This document shows positions 1 to 13,527 of a stretch of 40,078 nt of DNA, in pieces. Location of the stretch: NCBI GenBank assembly GCA_035544335.1, contig DATKFT010000171.1, forward strand, positions 1 through 40,078, in the 5' to 3' direction. The position numbers and the translations under genes are program-made. The notes under the pieces were generated by a model. The model was not told the DNA's origin and ran no database searches. It saw only the letters and a program-made list of their open reading frames with translations. The first letter of the stretch is position 1; each line of letters opens with the position of its first letter. This DNA is from Pseudorhodoferax sp. GTDB lineage: Bacteria; Pseudomonadota; Gammaproteobacteria; Burkholderiales; Burkholderiaceae_C.

Positions 1-121
1 ACCGTGTGGTCCGGCCCCTGCGCAGGCGGCCGGGTGCCCTGCTGCGCGCCGCCCCGGCGCGGCCCATCCGCTTCCATGGCCCGCGCCCGCTGCGCGCGGC
101 CGGTCTCTTGCGAGCCTCACC

Positions 122-1693
122 ATGCCAACACATCCCTTGCCCATGCACGGCCCGACGGCGCCGGCCCTGGCACTGCGCGCGCTGCGCCGCCATCCGGAGC
201 GCATCGCCTTCGTCGAGGCTGGGCGCCAGCTCAGCTATGCGGCCACGCTGGCGCTGATCGGCCGCCTGCAGGCCGCGCTCGGGGCCGGCGCGCCTGCGGC
301 GGCGCCGCTGCGCGTCGCGCTGCTCAGCGCCAACCGCGCCGAGGCCTGGTGCGCCGAGATCGCGACCCAGGCCCTGGGCGGCCTGACCACCTGGCTGCAC
401 CCGCTGGGCGGCCTGCCCGAGCAGCTGGCCCAGCTCGAGGACGCGCAGGTCGATGCGCTCGTGGTCGACGCCGAAGGCTACCGCGAGCGCGGCGCCGAAC
501 TCGCCGCGCGCTGCCCGCAGCTGCGCGAGGTCTGGACCCTGGGCCCGGCGCCGTACGGGCGCGACCTGCTCGCGGCCATGGCAGCGGCCGGCCCGCAGGA
601 GCCGCGCGACCTCTCGCACAGCATGACGCCGGCCAGCCTGGGCTACACGGGCGGCACCACGGGCCGCGCCAAGGCCGCGCTGCGCTACCAGCACCAGCAG
701 GGCGCACTCGCGCGCGCGATCCTGGCCGACTTCGAACTGCCGGCCGTGCCGCGCTACCTGGCCGCGGCGCCCATCAGCCACGTGGCCGGCTCCAAGCTGC
801 TGCCCGTGCTGCTGCGCGGCGGCACCGTGCACCTGCAGCGCGGCTTCGACCCCGAGCGGCTGCTGCACACGCTGGAGCGCGAACGCATCAACATGGCGCT
901 GCTCGTGCCCACCATGGTCTACAAGCTGCTGGACCACCCGCAGCTGGACCGCACCGACACCAGCGCGCTGGAGCTGCTGCTGTACGGCGCCTCGCCGATG
1001 TCGCCGACCCGGCTGGTCGAAGGCATCGCGCGCTTCGGCCCGGTGTTCTCGCAGCTGTACGGCCAGACCGAGTGCTACCCCGTGAGCCTGCTGCGCAAGG
1101 CCGACCACGATGCGCGCCGTCCCGAGCTGTTCAGCTCCTGCGGCATGCCCACGTCCAACTGCGAGATCCGCCTGCTCGGCGAGGACCTGCAGGAGGTCGC
1201 GCCCGGCGAGGCCGGCGAGATCTGCGTGCGCGCGCCGCAGGCCATGGACAGCTACTGGGGCCGCCCCGAGCTCAGCGCCGAGGCCTTGGCCGGCGGTTGG
1301 CTGCACACGGGCGACATCGCGCGGCAGGACCCGCAGGGCTACCTGTTCATCGTGGACCGCAAGAAGGACATGGTGGTCACGGGCGGCTTCAACGTCTACC
1401 CGCGCGAGGTCGAGGACGTGCTGAGCAGCCACCCCGCCGTGGCCCAGGCCGCCGTGATCGGCATCCCCGACCCGACCTGGGGCGAGGCCGTGGCGGCCAT
1501 GGTCGTGTGCCGCCCCGGCATGGCCGTGGACGCGGACACGCTGGCCCGCCTCGTCAAGCGCAGCAAGGGTTCGCAGCAGGCCCCCAAGCGCATCGATTTC
1601 GTGGACGCGCTGCCGCTGACGGCGCTGGGCAAGATCGACAAGAAGGCCTTGCGCGCGCCGTTCTGGGACGGGCAGCAGCGCAACGTGGGCTGA
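122..1693 (+). CDS. AMP-dependent acyl-CoA synthetase (523 aa)
   Basis: P-loop YTGGTTGRAK, YGQTE, WLHTGDIA, DRKKDMVVTGGFNVYPREVE and terminal GKIDKKALR motifs of the ANL superfamily. Confidence 0.93.
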   Translation: MPTHPLPMHGPTAPALALRALRRHPERIAFVEAGRQLSYAATLALIGRLQAALGAGAPAAAPLRVALLSANRAEAWCAEIATQALGGLTTWLHPLGGLPEQLAQLEDAQVDALVVDAEGYRERGAELAARCPQLREVWTLGPAPYGRDLLAAMAAAGPQEPRDLSHSMTPASLGYTGGTTGRAKAALRYQHQQGALARAILADFELPAVPRYLAAAPISHVAGSKLLPVLLRGGTVHLQRGFDPERLLHTLERERINMALLVPTMVYKLLDHPQLDRTDTSALELLLYGASPMSPTRLVEGIARFGPVFSQLYGQTECYPVSLLRKADHDARRPELFSSCGMPTSNCEIRLLGEDLQEVAPGEAGEICVRAPQAMDSYWGRPELSAEALAGGWLHTGDIARQDPQGYLFIVDRKKDMVVTGGFNVYPREVEDVLSSHPAVAQAAVIGIPDPTWGEAVAAMVVCRPGMAVDADTLARLVKRSKGSQQAPKRIDFVDALPLTALGKIDKKALRAPFWDGQQRNVG

Positions 1694-1926
1694 CCGGGAT
1701 GCCCGCCGGGCATGCAGCGAAGATGCTGCTGGACAGCGGGCCTGGCCTCGGCGCGGCAACCTGGCTGAGGCTTCTTCGCTCGGCGGCTCTCGTTGCAAAG
1801 GACCATCCATAGAGTTGCTTGGTCTCGCCCGGCTCCAATCATTGAAAATCAGCCCGGCTCGGGCGCTGCGTCTCGCTCCTCTGGAAAATGCAGATCCGCC
1901 CTGGAGAGAGGAAGAGAGGACGGACC

Positions 1927-2877
1927 ATGGACAAGTTCAGCGCGATGAGGGCCTTCGTACGAGTCGTCGAAGCCGGAAACTTCACCAAGGCCGCAGATTC
2001 ACTCGGTGTCCCCAAGGCCCAGATGAGCCGCCTGGTGCAGTTGCTGGAAGAAGAACTCAAGACGCAACTGCTCAACCGCACCACAAGGCGGGTCACCGTC
2101 ACGGCGGACGGTGCCGTTTACTACGACCGCGCGACACAGCTGCTCGACGAGCTCGAGGAACTCGAATCGAGCATGTCCCGCGCCAAGGCAACGCCCCGCG
2201 GCGTCCTGCGGGTCGACGCTCCGTCCGCCATCGCCAGCCTCATCCTGATCCCTGCGCTTGCGGATTTCTGCGTGCGCTACCCCGACATCCATATCGACGT
2301 CGGGGTCAGCGACAAACCCGTCGACCTCATCGGCGGCAACGTGGACTGCGTCTTTCGCGCAGGCGAGGTGTCAGACCAGTCACTCGTGGCACGGCGCATC
2401 GGCGAGATCGGTCGCTTCTTGTGCGCATCCCCCGAATACCTGAAGCGGCACGGCGTGCCGCAACATCCCTCGGACCTTGAAGACGACCGTCATTTCGTCG
2501 TCAACTACTTCTCGCATGGCAGCGAACGTTTGACCTATGTGTTGCAGCGTGGCGCAGAGCAATACCGGGTCCATGCGCGCTCGGCCGTCGCCGTGAACGA
2601 CGCCAGCGCCATGCTGGCAGCCGGGCTGGCGGGCCTGGGCATTGCGCGCACCGCTCCGTTCATGGCCAAGCCACATCTGGCGGCAGGCACCCTGACCGCC
2701 GTCCTGCCAGAGTGGTCTGCGGGTGCATGGCCCTTGTACGTCGTCTATCCGCCCAATCGGCACATCAGCGTCAAGCTGCGGGTATTCATCGACTGGGCAG
2801 CCGAGCTTTTCGCGCGGACGCTGAACGCCCCGCCTGCGCGGCAGGCTGGCGCAGGCCGGGCGGGCGTCCGCTCCTAG
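1927..2877 (+). CDS. LysR-family regulator (CrgA/DmlR-like, ~316 aa)
   Basis: MDKFSAMRAFVRVVEAGNFTKAA...LLNRTTRRV HTH; C-terminal KLRVFIDW; ATG at 1927 after GAGAGGA RBS. Confidence 0.93.
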   Translation: MDKFSAMRAFVRVVEAGNFTKAADSLGVPKAQMSRLVQLLEEELKTQLLNRTTRRVTVTADGAVYYDRATQLLDELEELESSMSRAKATPRGVLRVDAPSAIASLILIPALADFCVRYPDIHIDVGVSDKPVDLIGGNVDCVFRAGEVSDQSLVARRIGEIGRFLCASPEYLKRHGVPQHPSDLEDDRHFVVNYFSHGSERLTYVLQRGAEQYRVHARSAVAVNDASAMLAAGLAGLGIARTAPFMAKPHLAAGTLTAVLPEWSAGAWPLYVVYPPNRHISVKLRVFIDWAAELFARTLNAPPARQAGAGRAGVRS

Positions 2878-3020
2878 CACCGCAAGCTGCCGCCACTGTG
2901 CGACGGATTGAGACACTGCGTCCTCCGCCGCCTTATTTTTCCACGCGGGCGTTGAACCTAAATTCATGACAGGGCCCGGTCAGGTGACCGGCTCTTCACC
3001 CACTGAAAAGGAATTCCGCC

Positions 3021-3647
3021 ATGGACGCAACGCACTACGACGCTCGCAAGACCGCACTTCTCTTCGTCGATCCTTACAACGACTTTCTTTCCGAGGGTGG
3101 CAAGCTCTGGCCCGCCATCCAGCCGATCGCCGAGGAGGTGCATCTGCTGGACAACCTGCGCGCGATCCAGAGCGCAGTACGGAGCGCCGGCATCCAGAAG
3201 GTGATCGTGCCGCACCGCCGCTGGCAGCCCGGCGACTACGAATGCTGGTGTCACCCCAGCCCGACGCAGCGCCTGCTGATGACCCGCAAGACATTCTCGA
3301 AAGACAGCTGGGGCGGCGAGTGGCACCCTGACTTCGGGCCCCAAGGCAGCGACATCGTCGTGCACGAGCATTGGGCCTCCAGCGGGTTCGCAAACACCGA
3401 TCTGGACTTCCAACTGAAGCAGCACGGCATCTCGCACGTGATCCTGGTCGGCCTGCTGGCAAACACGTGCGTCGAGACCACCGCACGCTACGCGCAGGAA
3501 CTCGGCTTCCACGTGACGCTGGTGAAGGACGCCACCGCCGCGTTCAAGCGCGAAATGATGCATGCCGCGCACGAGCTGAACGGTCCCACGTATGCACACA
3601 GCATCGTGAACACCCACGAGCTCATCCAGTCGCTGCAACGCGCTTGA
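3021..3647 (+). CDS. isochorismatase-family cysteine hydrolase (208 aa)
   Basis: TALLFVDPYNDF, SGFANTDL, GLLANTCVETTAR (catalytic Cys), VKDAT; RBS AAGGA. Confidence 0.9.
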   Translation: MDATHYDARKTALLFVDPYNDFLSEGGKLWPAIQPIAEEVHLLDNLRAIQSAVRSAGIQKVIVPHRRWQPGDYECWCHPSPTQRLLMTRKTFSKDSWGGEWHPDFGPQGSDIVVHEHWASSGFANTDLDFQLKQHGISHVILVGLLANTCVETTARYAQELGFHVTLVKDATAAFKREMMHAAHELNGPTYAHSIVNTHELIQSLQRA

Positions 3648-3658
3648 GCGGCCGAGCC

Positions 3659-4867
3659 ATGTCCAATGCCCCTGACGCTGCGGCCGGACTCTCCGGCCGC
3701 CTGGTCGCCCTGATGGCGGTGGGCTGCGCGCTTGCGGTCTCGACCATCTATTACCACCAGCCGCTGCTGCCGCAGATCGCCTCTTCGTTCGGTGTGGCGC
3801 CCACCCACGCCAGCCTGATCGCCACACTGACGCAACTCGGCTATGCGGTCGGCCTGTTGCTGATCGTGCCGCTTGCCGACCGGCAGCAGCCGCGCCAACT
3901 TGCATCGCTGGCCGTCGCCGCGAACGCCGTAGCGCTGCTCGCCTGCGCAGCCGCACCGACCTTCGCACTCCTGTGTACCGCCAGCTTCGCGGTCGGGGTG
4001 ACAGCCGTCACCGCGCAGATCATCATCCCAGCCATCTCGGGCCTGGCGCTGCCTGCGGCGCGCGGCCACACCGCAGGCATCTTGTTGAGCGGACTGTCCA
4101 CCGGCTTGTTGCTGGCGCGCACGGCAAGCGGCTTCGTCGGTGCGGCTACAGGCTGGCGCACCGTCTTCTTGTTGGCCGCGCTTGTCGACGTGGCGCTCTT
4201 GGTCGTCGTCGCCAGGAGCCTGCCCAAGGTCACGATCCTGACGGCGATCAGCTACGGCCGGCTGATCCGCTCGCTGGGCAGGCTGGTGCGCGAGGAGCGC
4301 GTTCTGCGCCTCTCGGCAGCAACGTCCTTCATGATGTTCGCTGCCTTCAGTGCGTTGTGGGCGACGCTGGCTGCGCTGCTCGCGCAACCACCCTACGAAT
4401 TCGGTCCCGCGGCCATCGGAGCGTTCGGGCTGGTCGCGTTGCTGGGCATCGCCGCATCGCCACGCATCGGCGCACTGGTCGATCGGCTTGACGCGCGCAC
4501 CATGCTCCTGGCGGGGGCGATCGCCCTCGCCGTCGGCTTCGCCTTCATCGCCGCAGGCGGGCGCGGCCTGGGCTGGCTGATCGCCGGCATGGTGCTACTG
4601 GACTTCGGCAACCGCGCCGGCCTCGTTGCGAACCAGACGCGGGTCTACGCGCTGCGCCCCGAAGCGCGCAGCCGACTCAATACGGTATTCATGGGGTCGT
4701 ACTTCCTCGGCGGCGCGGCCGGCGCTGCGCTGGGAAGCTATGGGGCGCACCGAGGCGCCTGGATCGGGCTCGCGACAATGGGCGCATTGCTGGCGCTTGC
4801 GGCTGCGGCCATCAATGCGTTCTCGCCCCGCGCAGCAAGCACCGCGATGGCCGACGGCCGCGCCTGA
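3659..4867 (+). CDS. MFS transporter (YnfM/YdeR-like, ~402 aa)
   Basis: YYHQPLL, QLGYAVGLLLIVPLAD, GLLLARTASG, RSRLNTVFM motifs; about 12 hydrophobic segments; ATG 3659 is in frame with the 3371..4867 ORF. Confidence 0.88.
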   Translation: MSNAPDAAAGLSGRLVALMAVGCALAVSTIYYHQPLLPQIASSFGVAPTHASLIATLTQLGYAVGLLLIVPLADRQQPRQLASLAVAANAVALLACAAAPTFALLCTASFAVGVTAVTAQIIIPAISGLALPAARGHTAGILLSGLSTGLLLARTASGFVGAATGWRTVFLLAALVDVALLVVVARSLPKVTILTAISYGRLIRSLGRLVREERVLRLSAATSFMMFAAFSALWATLAALLAQPPYEFGPAAIGAFGLVALLGIAASPRIGALVDRLDARTMLLAGAIALAVGFAFIAAGGRGLGWLIAGMVLLDFGNRAGLVANQTRVYALRPEARSRLNTVFMGSYFLGGAAGAALGSYGAHRGAWIGLATMGALLALAAAAINAFSPRAASTAMADGRA

Positions 4868-5007
4868 CAGGCGGCACACCAGGGAGAGGCGGACAGTCGT
4901 CAATCTGCAGACGTTCCCACCGCGTTCCCCGTCAACGCTCGGAGAATGCTGCGCGGCGCTTCATCGGTCCGCCAGCCTGCGGCGCCGCATCGGGTATCTT
5001 CGCGGCC

Positions 5008-5400
5008 ATGCATGGCAATGGGAACGGGACCGGTGAGCGCACGATCGGCACAGGCACCGCACGCCGCCCCGCCTTGCCGGGCCTGCTGCTCGTGCTCTGC
5101 GCGCTGGCCGGCTGCTCCCGCGAGACCAGCGAGGCCGCCCAGCGCAGCGAGGCGCTGGGCTGCATGCGCTGCCATGGCATGGTGACCACCTATGTCGGCC
5201 CGGGCTTCGCGGAGATCGCCACGCGCTACCGCGGCGATGCCGACGCGCCGGCCCGGCTGCGCAGGCTGATCCGCCAGGGCAGCGTGGGGACCTGGGGCCG
5301 CGTGATCATGCCGCGCCAGCCCCAGGTCGGCGAAGCCGACGCCGCGCTGCTGGCCGACTGGATCCTGGCCCAGCCCGGCAAGGCCCTCCAACCACCCTAG
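5008..5400 (+). CDS. class I cytochrome c (c551-like), probable lipoprotein
   Basis: CMRCH haem motif, VGPGF, GSVGTWG-IMP (Met ligand); hydrophobic stretch ending in lipobox LAGC; start uncertain. Confidence 0.85.
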   Translation: MHGNGNGTGERTIGTGTARRPALPGLLLVLCALAGCSRETSEAAQRSEALGCMRCHGMVTTYVGPGFAEIATRYRGDADAPARLRRLIRQGSVGTWGRVIMPRQPQVGEADAALLADWILAQPGKALQPP

Positions 5401-5414
5401 CCGCCCTCTCCACG

Positions 5415-5837
5415 CTAGCCGCGCGCGGCCTCGCCTGCCGGCACGGACGATGCCACGGCAATGCACTTGATCTCCGCGAGCAGCCCCGGCCGGGCCAGGT
5501 CCTGCACGCCGACGCAGGTCCAGGCGCAGCGCCCGCGCGGAAACAGCCGGTCCTTGACCGCGCGGAATACCGCCATGTGCGTGTGCATGTCCACGTGGTA
5601 GGTCGTCATCTCCACCACGTCCTCGAAGGTGCAGCCGGCTTCGGCCAGCACGGTGCGCAGGTTCTCCCAGGCCGCGACGAACTGCGCCTGGGGATCGGCA
5701 ATCACCTGCAGATCGGGCGTGCGCCCCACCTGCCCCGCGCAATAGACCGTCTGGCCGACCCGGACCGCAGGCGCGTAGCCCGCGCGCTCGGCCAGCAGTT
5801 GCATCGAAGACGGGACGATGAGGTGTCGGTCTGTCAT
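5415..5837 (-). CDS. RidA/YjgF/UK114 family protein (~140 aa)
   Basis: GYAPAVRVGQTVYCAGQVG, AWTCVGV-LA-PGLLAEI; ATGA overlap with the upstream GNAT stop. Confidence 0.88.
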   Translation of the reverse strand: MTDRHLIVPSSMQLLAERAGYAPAVRVGQTVYCAGQVGRTPDLQVIADPQAQFVAAWENLRTVLAEAGCTFEDVVEMTTYHVDMHTHMAVFRAVKDRLFPRGRCAWTCVGVQDLARPGLLAEIKCIAVASSVPAGEAARG

Positions 5838-6313
5838 GTCAAGGAGTCGCTTCCAGCAAAAAGAGGGCCGCCCGCATGGCAGCCCCCGACGCGCGACTCT
5901 AGCAAGACATAGGCACCGTCTTCGGCCTGCCCCCTGCCGACCTCGGCGAAGCCGCATGCACGGTAGAAGGCCAGTGCCGCCAGGTTGCGGCACACGCACT
6001 TGAGCCGGTAAGGCCTGGCCCCCCAGCCCGGCAGCGCGTGCAGCAGCGCCCGGCCGACGCCGCGGCGCGCCCGCCGCGGGTCCACGTGCAGGTGGTGGAT
6101 GAACTGCTCGGGCTCCCAGACCGCGATGAAGCCGGCGGTACCCATGCCGTCCTGCGCGAGCCACAGGCGCTCGCCCTGGGTCTGTGCGTCGAAGTCCGAC
6201 AACTGGAACGGCGCCTGGGCTTGCCAGACGAAGGCGGCCTGGCGCGAGCGCAGGAACAATGCGCGCAATGCTGGCGCATCGGCCAGCGTGGCGCTACGGA
6301 CGGAGAGGGTCAT
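5834..6313 (-). CDS. GNAT N-acetyltransferase (~159 aa)
   Basis: FIHHLHVDPRRARRGVGRALL acetyl-CoA motif A; NLAALAFYRACGF motif B. Confidence 0.88.
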   Translation of the reverse strand: MTLSVRSATLADAPALRALFLRSRQAAFVWQAQAPFQLSDFDAQTQGERLWLAQDGMGTAGFIAVWEPEQFIHHLHVDPRRARRGVGRALLHALPGWGARPYRLKCVCRNLAALAFYRACGFAEVGRGQAEDGAYVLLESRVGGCHAGGPLFAGSDSLT

Positions 6314-6442
6314 GGCGGTGCGGGAACGTGGAGCCTGCGCAAGCGGGCGCGGCGCCAGCCCGCCAAATGCCAAATGCCAGGTACCAGGCGTGGACCGTCC
6401 CGGGCGCCGGTTCTACCAGATCGCCGCTGCCCACATCCGCAC

Positions 6443-6466
6443 GCCGCAGCCGCAGCCGCAGCCGCA
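6443..6466. repeat. (GCCGCA)x4 hexamer repeat; imperfect 7-mer GCCAAAT repeat nearby at 6362-6389
   Basis: read directly in the SDR-GNAT intergenic region. Confidence 0.7.
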
Positions 6467-6530
6467 GGCACCGGGGCGGCGGGACCGCCGAGCGGTCTCG
6501 GTGGAGCGGCGGCAACGCCGCCGCAGGACC

Positions 6531-7325
<795 letters not shown>

Positions 7326-7359
7326 GGAGTCTCTCCTGTTGGTGTGGTAGGTGTCGGGG

Positions 7360-9522
<2,163 letters not shown>

Positions 9523-9562
9523 CAATCTCCCTCGTCGGGCCCTTGCCCGCTTGTGTGCGCAA

Positions 9563-9607
9563 AGTCTAGGCAGGGGGGTGGCGGCCAGCCATCGTCCGAA
9601 CAGACGA
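9563..9607 (-). promoter_or_regulatory. palindromic site TCGTC-N6-GACGA (9592-9607) plus -10 TAGACT (9563-9568) upstream of fadB
   Basis: catcgtccgaacagacga; 23 nt to the -10 hexamer; same arrangement at 13376 and 27965. Confidence 0.7.
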
Positions 9608-9844
9608 ATCCATGCGCAGCGGCCCAGCACCTGCCCGCGGTCCGCAGAGGGAGTCACATGGGGCGCTGCGGAACCACATGGGGGCCATGGCGAGCGCCCT
9701 GCGGACCGCGCCAAGGCCGCCGCGCGCCGCGCTAGCACAGCCGGCAGGTGCCGCCTGTCAGCGTCCGCCTCGCCTGCGGGGTCCAGGCGAATACAAATGG
9801 ATACGGAAATATTCCCAATCGGGGCCGCACACGGTCAATGCCGC

Positions 9845-9873
9845 TTGTTGCTGCACCAGCGAGTTCATACAAT
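9845..9873 (+). promoter_or_regulatory. putative sigma70 promoter TTGTTG-17-TACAAT for the small secreted protein
   Basis: hexamers with canonical 17-nt spacing in an AT-rich patch. Confidence 0.5.
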
Positions 9874-9950
9874 TTTTTTGCCGCCTGTACGGCTTGCCAG
9901 GCAGGTGGCAGCTCCGAACGCCTTCATACCCATAACTTTGAAAGCCATCC

Positions 9951-10286
9951 ATGAAGCATTCCGCTCTTGCCATCGGTATCGCACTGTCCCAGTTGTTCGC
10001 TGTCAGTGTCTTCGCCCAGCAAGGTGAAGTCGGCGCGGTCAAGTCATCGCCGCCCGCCGCCAAGGCGTCGCCCGAGGAAAGGGCCGCTGCCCGTGCCAAG
10101 CGCCGCGCAGAAGGCGCACAGGCGGCGCACCAGCAGCCCGTGGGTGAAGTCGGCCAGCCCAAGGCCTCTCCGAGCGCCAAGCGCGCCTCGCCCGAGGAGA
10201 GGGCCGCCGCGCGCACCAAGCGCCGCGCAGAAGGCGCTGAGGCAGCACACCAGCCGCACGCAAACGAAGTCGGCCAGCCCAAGTAA
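9951..10286 (+). CDS. small secreted Ala/Lys/Arg-rich protein with 40-aa tandem repeat (111 aa)
   Basis: Sec signal MKHSALAIGIALSQLFAVSVFA; repeat ASPEERAAAR.KRRAEGA.AAHQ...EVGQPK twice; 120-bp DNA period. Confidence 0.82.
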   Translation: MKHSALAIGIALSQLFAVSVFAQQGEVGAVKSSPPAAKASPEERAAARAKRRAEGAQAAHQQPVGEVGQPKASPSAKRASPEERAAARTKRRAEGAEAAHQPHANEVGQPK

Positions 10287-10320
10287 GGCCTGCGCCCCGC
10301 AAAGGCGCGGTGCGCCTTTG

Positions 10321-10372
10321 CTTCTTCTCCCTCTTCTCCCTCTTTTCCCCCTCCCCCTCCCCCTCCCTCTCC
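10321..10372. repeat. 52-nt pure pyrimidine tract including C5TC5TC5TC3 (G-quadruplex motif on - strand)
   Basis: cttcttctccctcttctccctcttttccccctccccctccccctccctctcc. Confidence 0.8.
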
Positions 10373-10483
10373 GCCCGGCGCCGGTGGCTCACGCGCGTGA
10401 CGCCGTCCGCCCGGGCCCCTTCCTGCCTGTCTTGGGCCGCTTGCACGCGCCCGCCCGGAAGGGCTGCAACACAGGGGGACGTG

Positions 10484-10506
10484 AAAACGGCCGCTGTCGC
10501 GGCCGT
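10484..10506 (-). terminator. rho-independent terminator of the TerC-family gene
   Basis: 8-bp stem ACGGCCGC/GCGGCCGT, 4-nt loop, short T run on the minus strand. Confidence 0.6.
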
Positions 10507-10574
10507 GGAACGCGTGCGCAGCACGCGTGGATGCAAGGGGCGGCGGCGAAGAAGACCGCGCCCCGGATTCCGTC

Positions 10575-11300
10575 TCAGGCGTGGCCGGTACCCGCCGGCT
10601 TGCGGCCTGCGACGAGCTTGCCGATCACGAGCACCAGCAGCGCACCGGCCACGGCGGCGCCGTACTTGACCACGTCCGTCTGCGGCAGCTTGAACATCCA
10701 TTGCCACTTGTCGGGGTTGGCCAGCGCCGGGTCGGTGACCAGCATGCCGCCCGCGATCCAGCCCAGCAGCATGCCGCCGGCCGTGATGATGAGCGGGTAG
10801 CGCTCCATGAGCTTGATGACCAGCTGGCTGCCCCAGACGATGATGGGGATGGAGATCAGCAGGCCCAGCACCACGAGCAGCATGGCGTGGTCGCCCGAGT
10901 TCTGCGCGGCACCCGCGATGGCGATCACGTTGTCCACGCTCATGACCAGGTCGGCCACGATGATGGTCTTGATGGCCGCGAACAGCTTGTCGCTGCCTTC
11001 CACATTGCCGTGGCCGTCCTCGTCGGGCGCCAGCAGCTTGATGCCGATCCAGACCAGCAAGATGGCGCCGACCAGCTTCAGGAAGGGCACGTTGAGCAGC
11101 GTCATCGCGAACGCGATCAGGATCACGCGCAGGACGATGGCGCCGGCCGTGCCCCAGATGATGCCCTTGGTGCGCTGGGCCGGCGGCAGCTTGCGGCAGG
11201 CCAGCGCGATCACGACAGCGTTGTCGCCACCCAGCAGGATGTCGATGATGATGATCTGCCCTAGGGCAACCCAGAAGGCGGGGGATGTCAGAAAGTCCAT
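10575..11300 (-). CDS. TerC family (YjbE/YkoY-like) membrane protein (241 aa)
   Basis: IIIIDILLGGDNAVVIALA and IIVADLVMSVDNVIAIAGAA TerC signature repeats. Confidence 0.92.
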   Translation of the reverse strand: MDFLTSPAFWVALGQIIIIDILLGGDNAVVIALACRKLPPAQRTKGIIWGTAGAIVLRVILIAFAMTLLNVPFLKLVGAILLVWIGIKLLAPDEDGHGNVEGSDKLFAAIKTIIVADLVMSVDNVIAIAGAAQNSGDHAMLLVVLGLLISIPIIVWGSQLVIKLMERYPLIITAGGMLLGWIAGGMLVTDPALANPDKWQWMFKLPQTDVVKYGAAVAGALLVLVIGKLVAGRKPAGTGHA

Positions 11301-11429
11301 GATTCCTCGTTGTATTTTGGGGGCCGGTCCGGCGGCGGCGGCGGACTTTAAACTGAGGAATACCTGAACACCCCTATTCCCCCACAGGATTACCCCTTGG
11401 GGCAGGCCCGCAGGATCGAGCCCGCATGC

Positions 11430-13314
<1,885 letters not shown>

Positions 13315-13346
13315 TCAGGCCGGCATGCCAGGCTGGCGTGCCGGCC

Positions 13347-13391
13347 AGTTTAGGACGCAGAATCTGCGCTGCGCATCGTCGGAAGCGACGG
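13347..13391 (-). promoter_or_regulatory. palindromic site TCGTC-N6-GACGG (13376-13391) plus -10 TAAACT (13347-13352)
   Basis: catcgtcggaagcgacgg; 23 nt to the -10; lies in the divergent region between the NMO-tesB operon and the MalT-like gene. Confidence 0.65.
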
Positions 13392-13527
13392 AACACGTTC
13401 TAATGCAAGAGCCCCCCGCGGGGTGCGCCCTAGGAGACAAGCCCGAGCCCGCCCCCCGCCGACACTCTGCCTTCGCCTGCCTGCCAGCGCGCAGGGATCG
13501 CCGCCCCCCGCCCTCCTTCCGTTAGCG

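Noticed and set aside
1694..1926. Possible decayed divergent gene upstream of the LysR (ORFs 1554..1838 and 1396..1842, minus strand)
   Set aside because: No recognisable motif, and both overlap the CoA ligase 3' end.
11301..11429. yybP-ykoY (Mn2+) riboswitch expected upstream of a TerC gene
   Set aside because: The GGGAGUAG and CGAGAC core strings were not found on the minus strand; an Infernal search with the Rfam yybP-ykoY model would settle it.
13391..13404. FadP (TetR) operator GAACACGTTCTAAT near the MalT-like promoter
   Set aside because: Only one half resembles the consensus as I recall it, and the dyad spacing is shorter.
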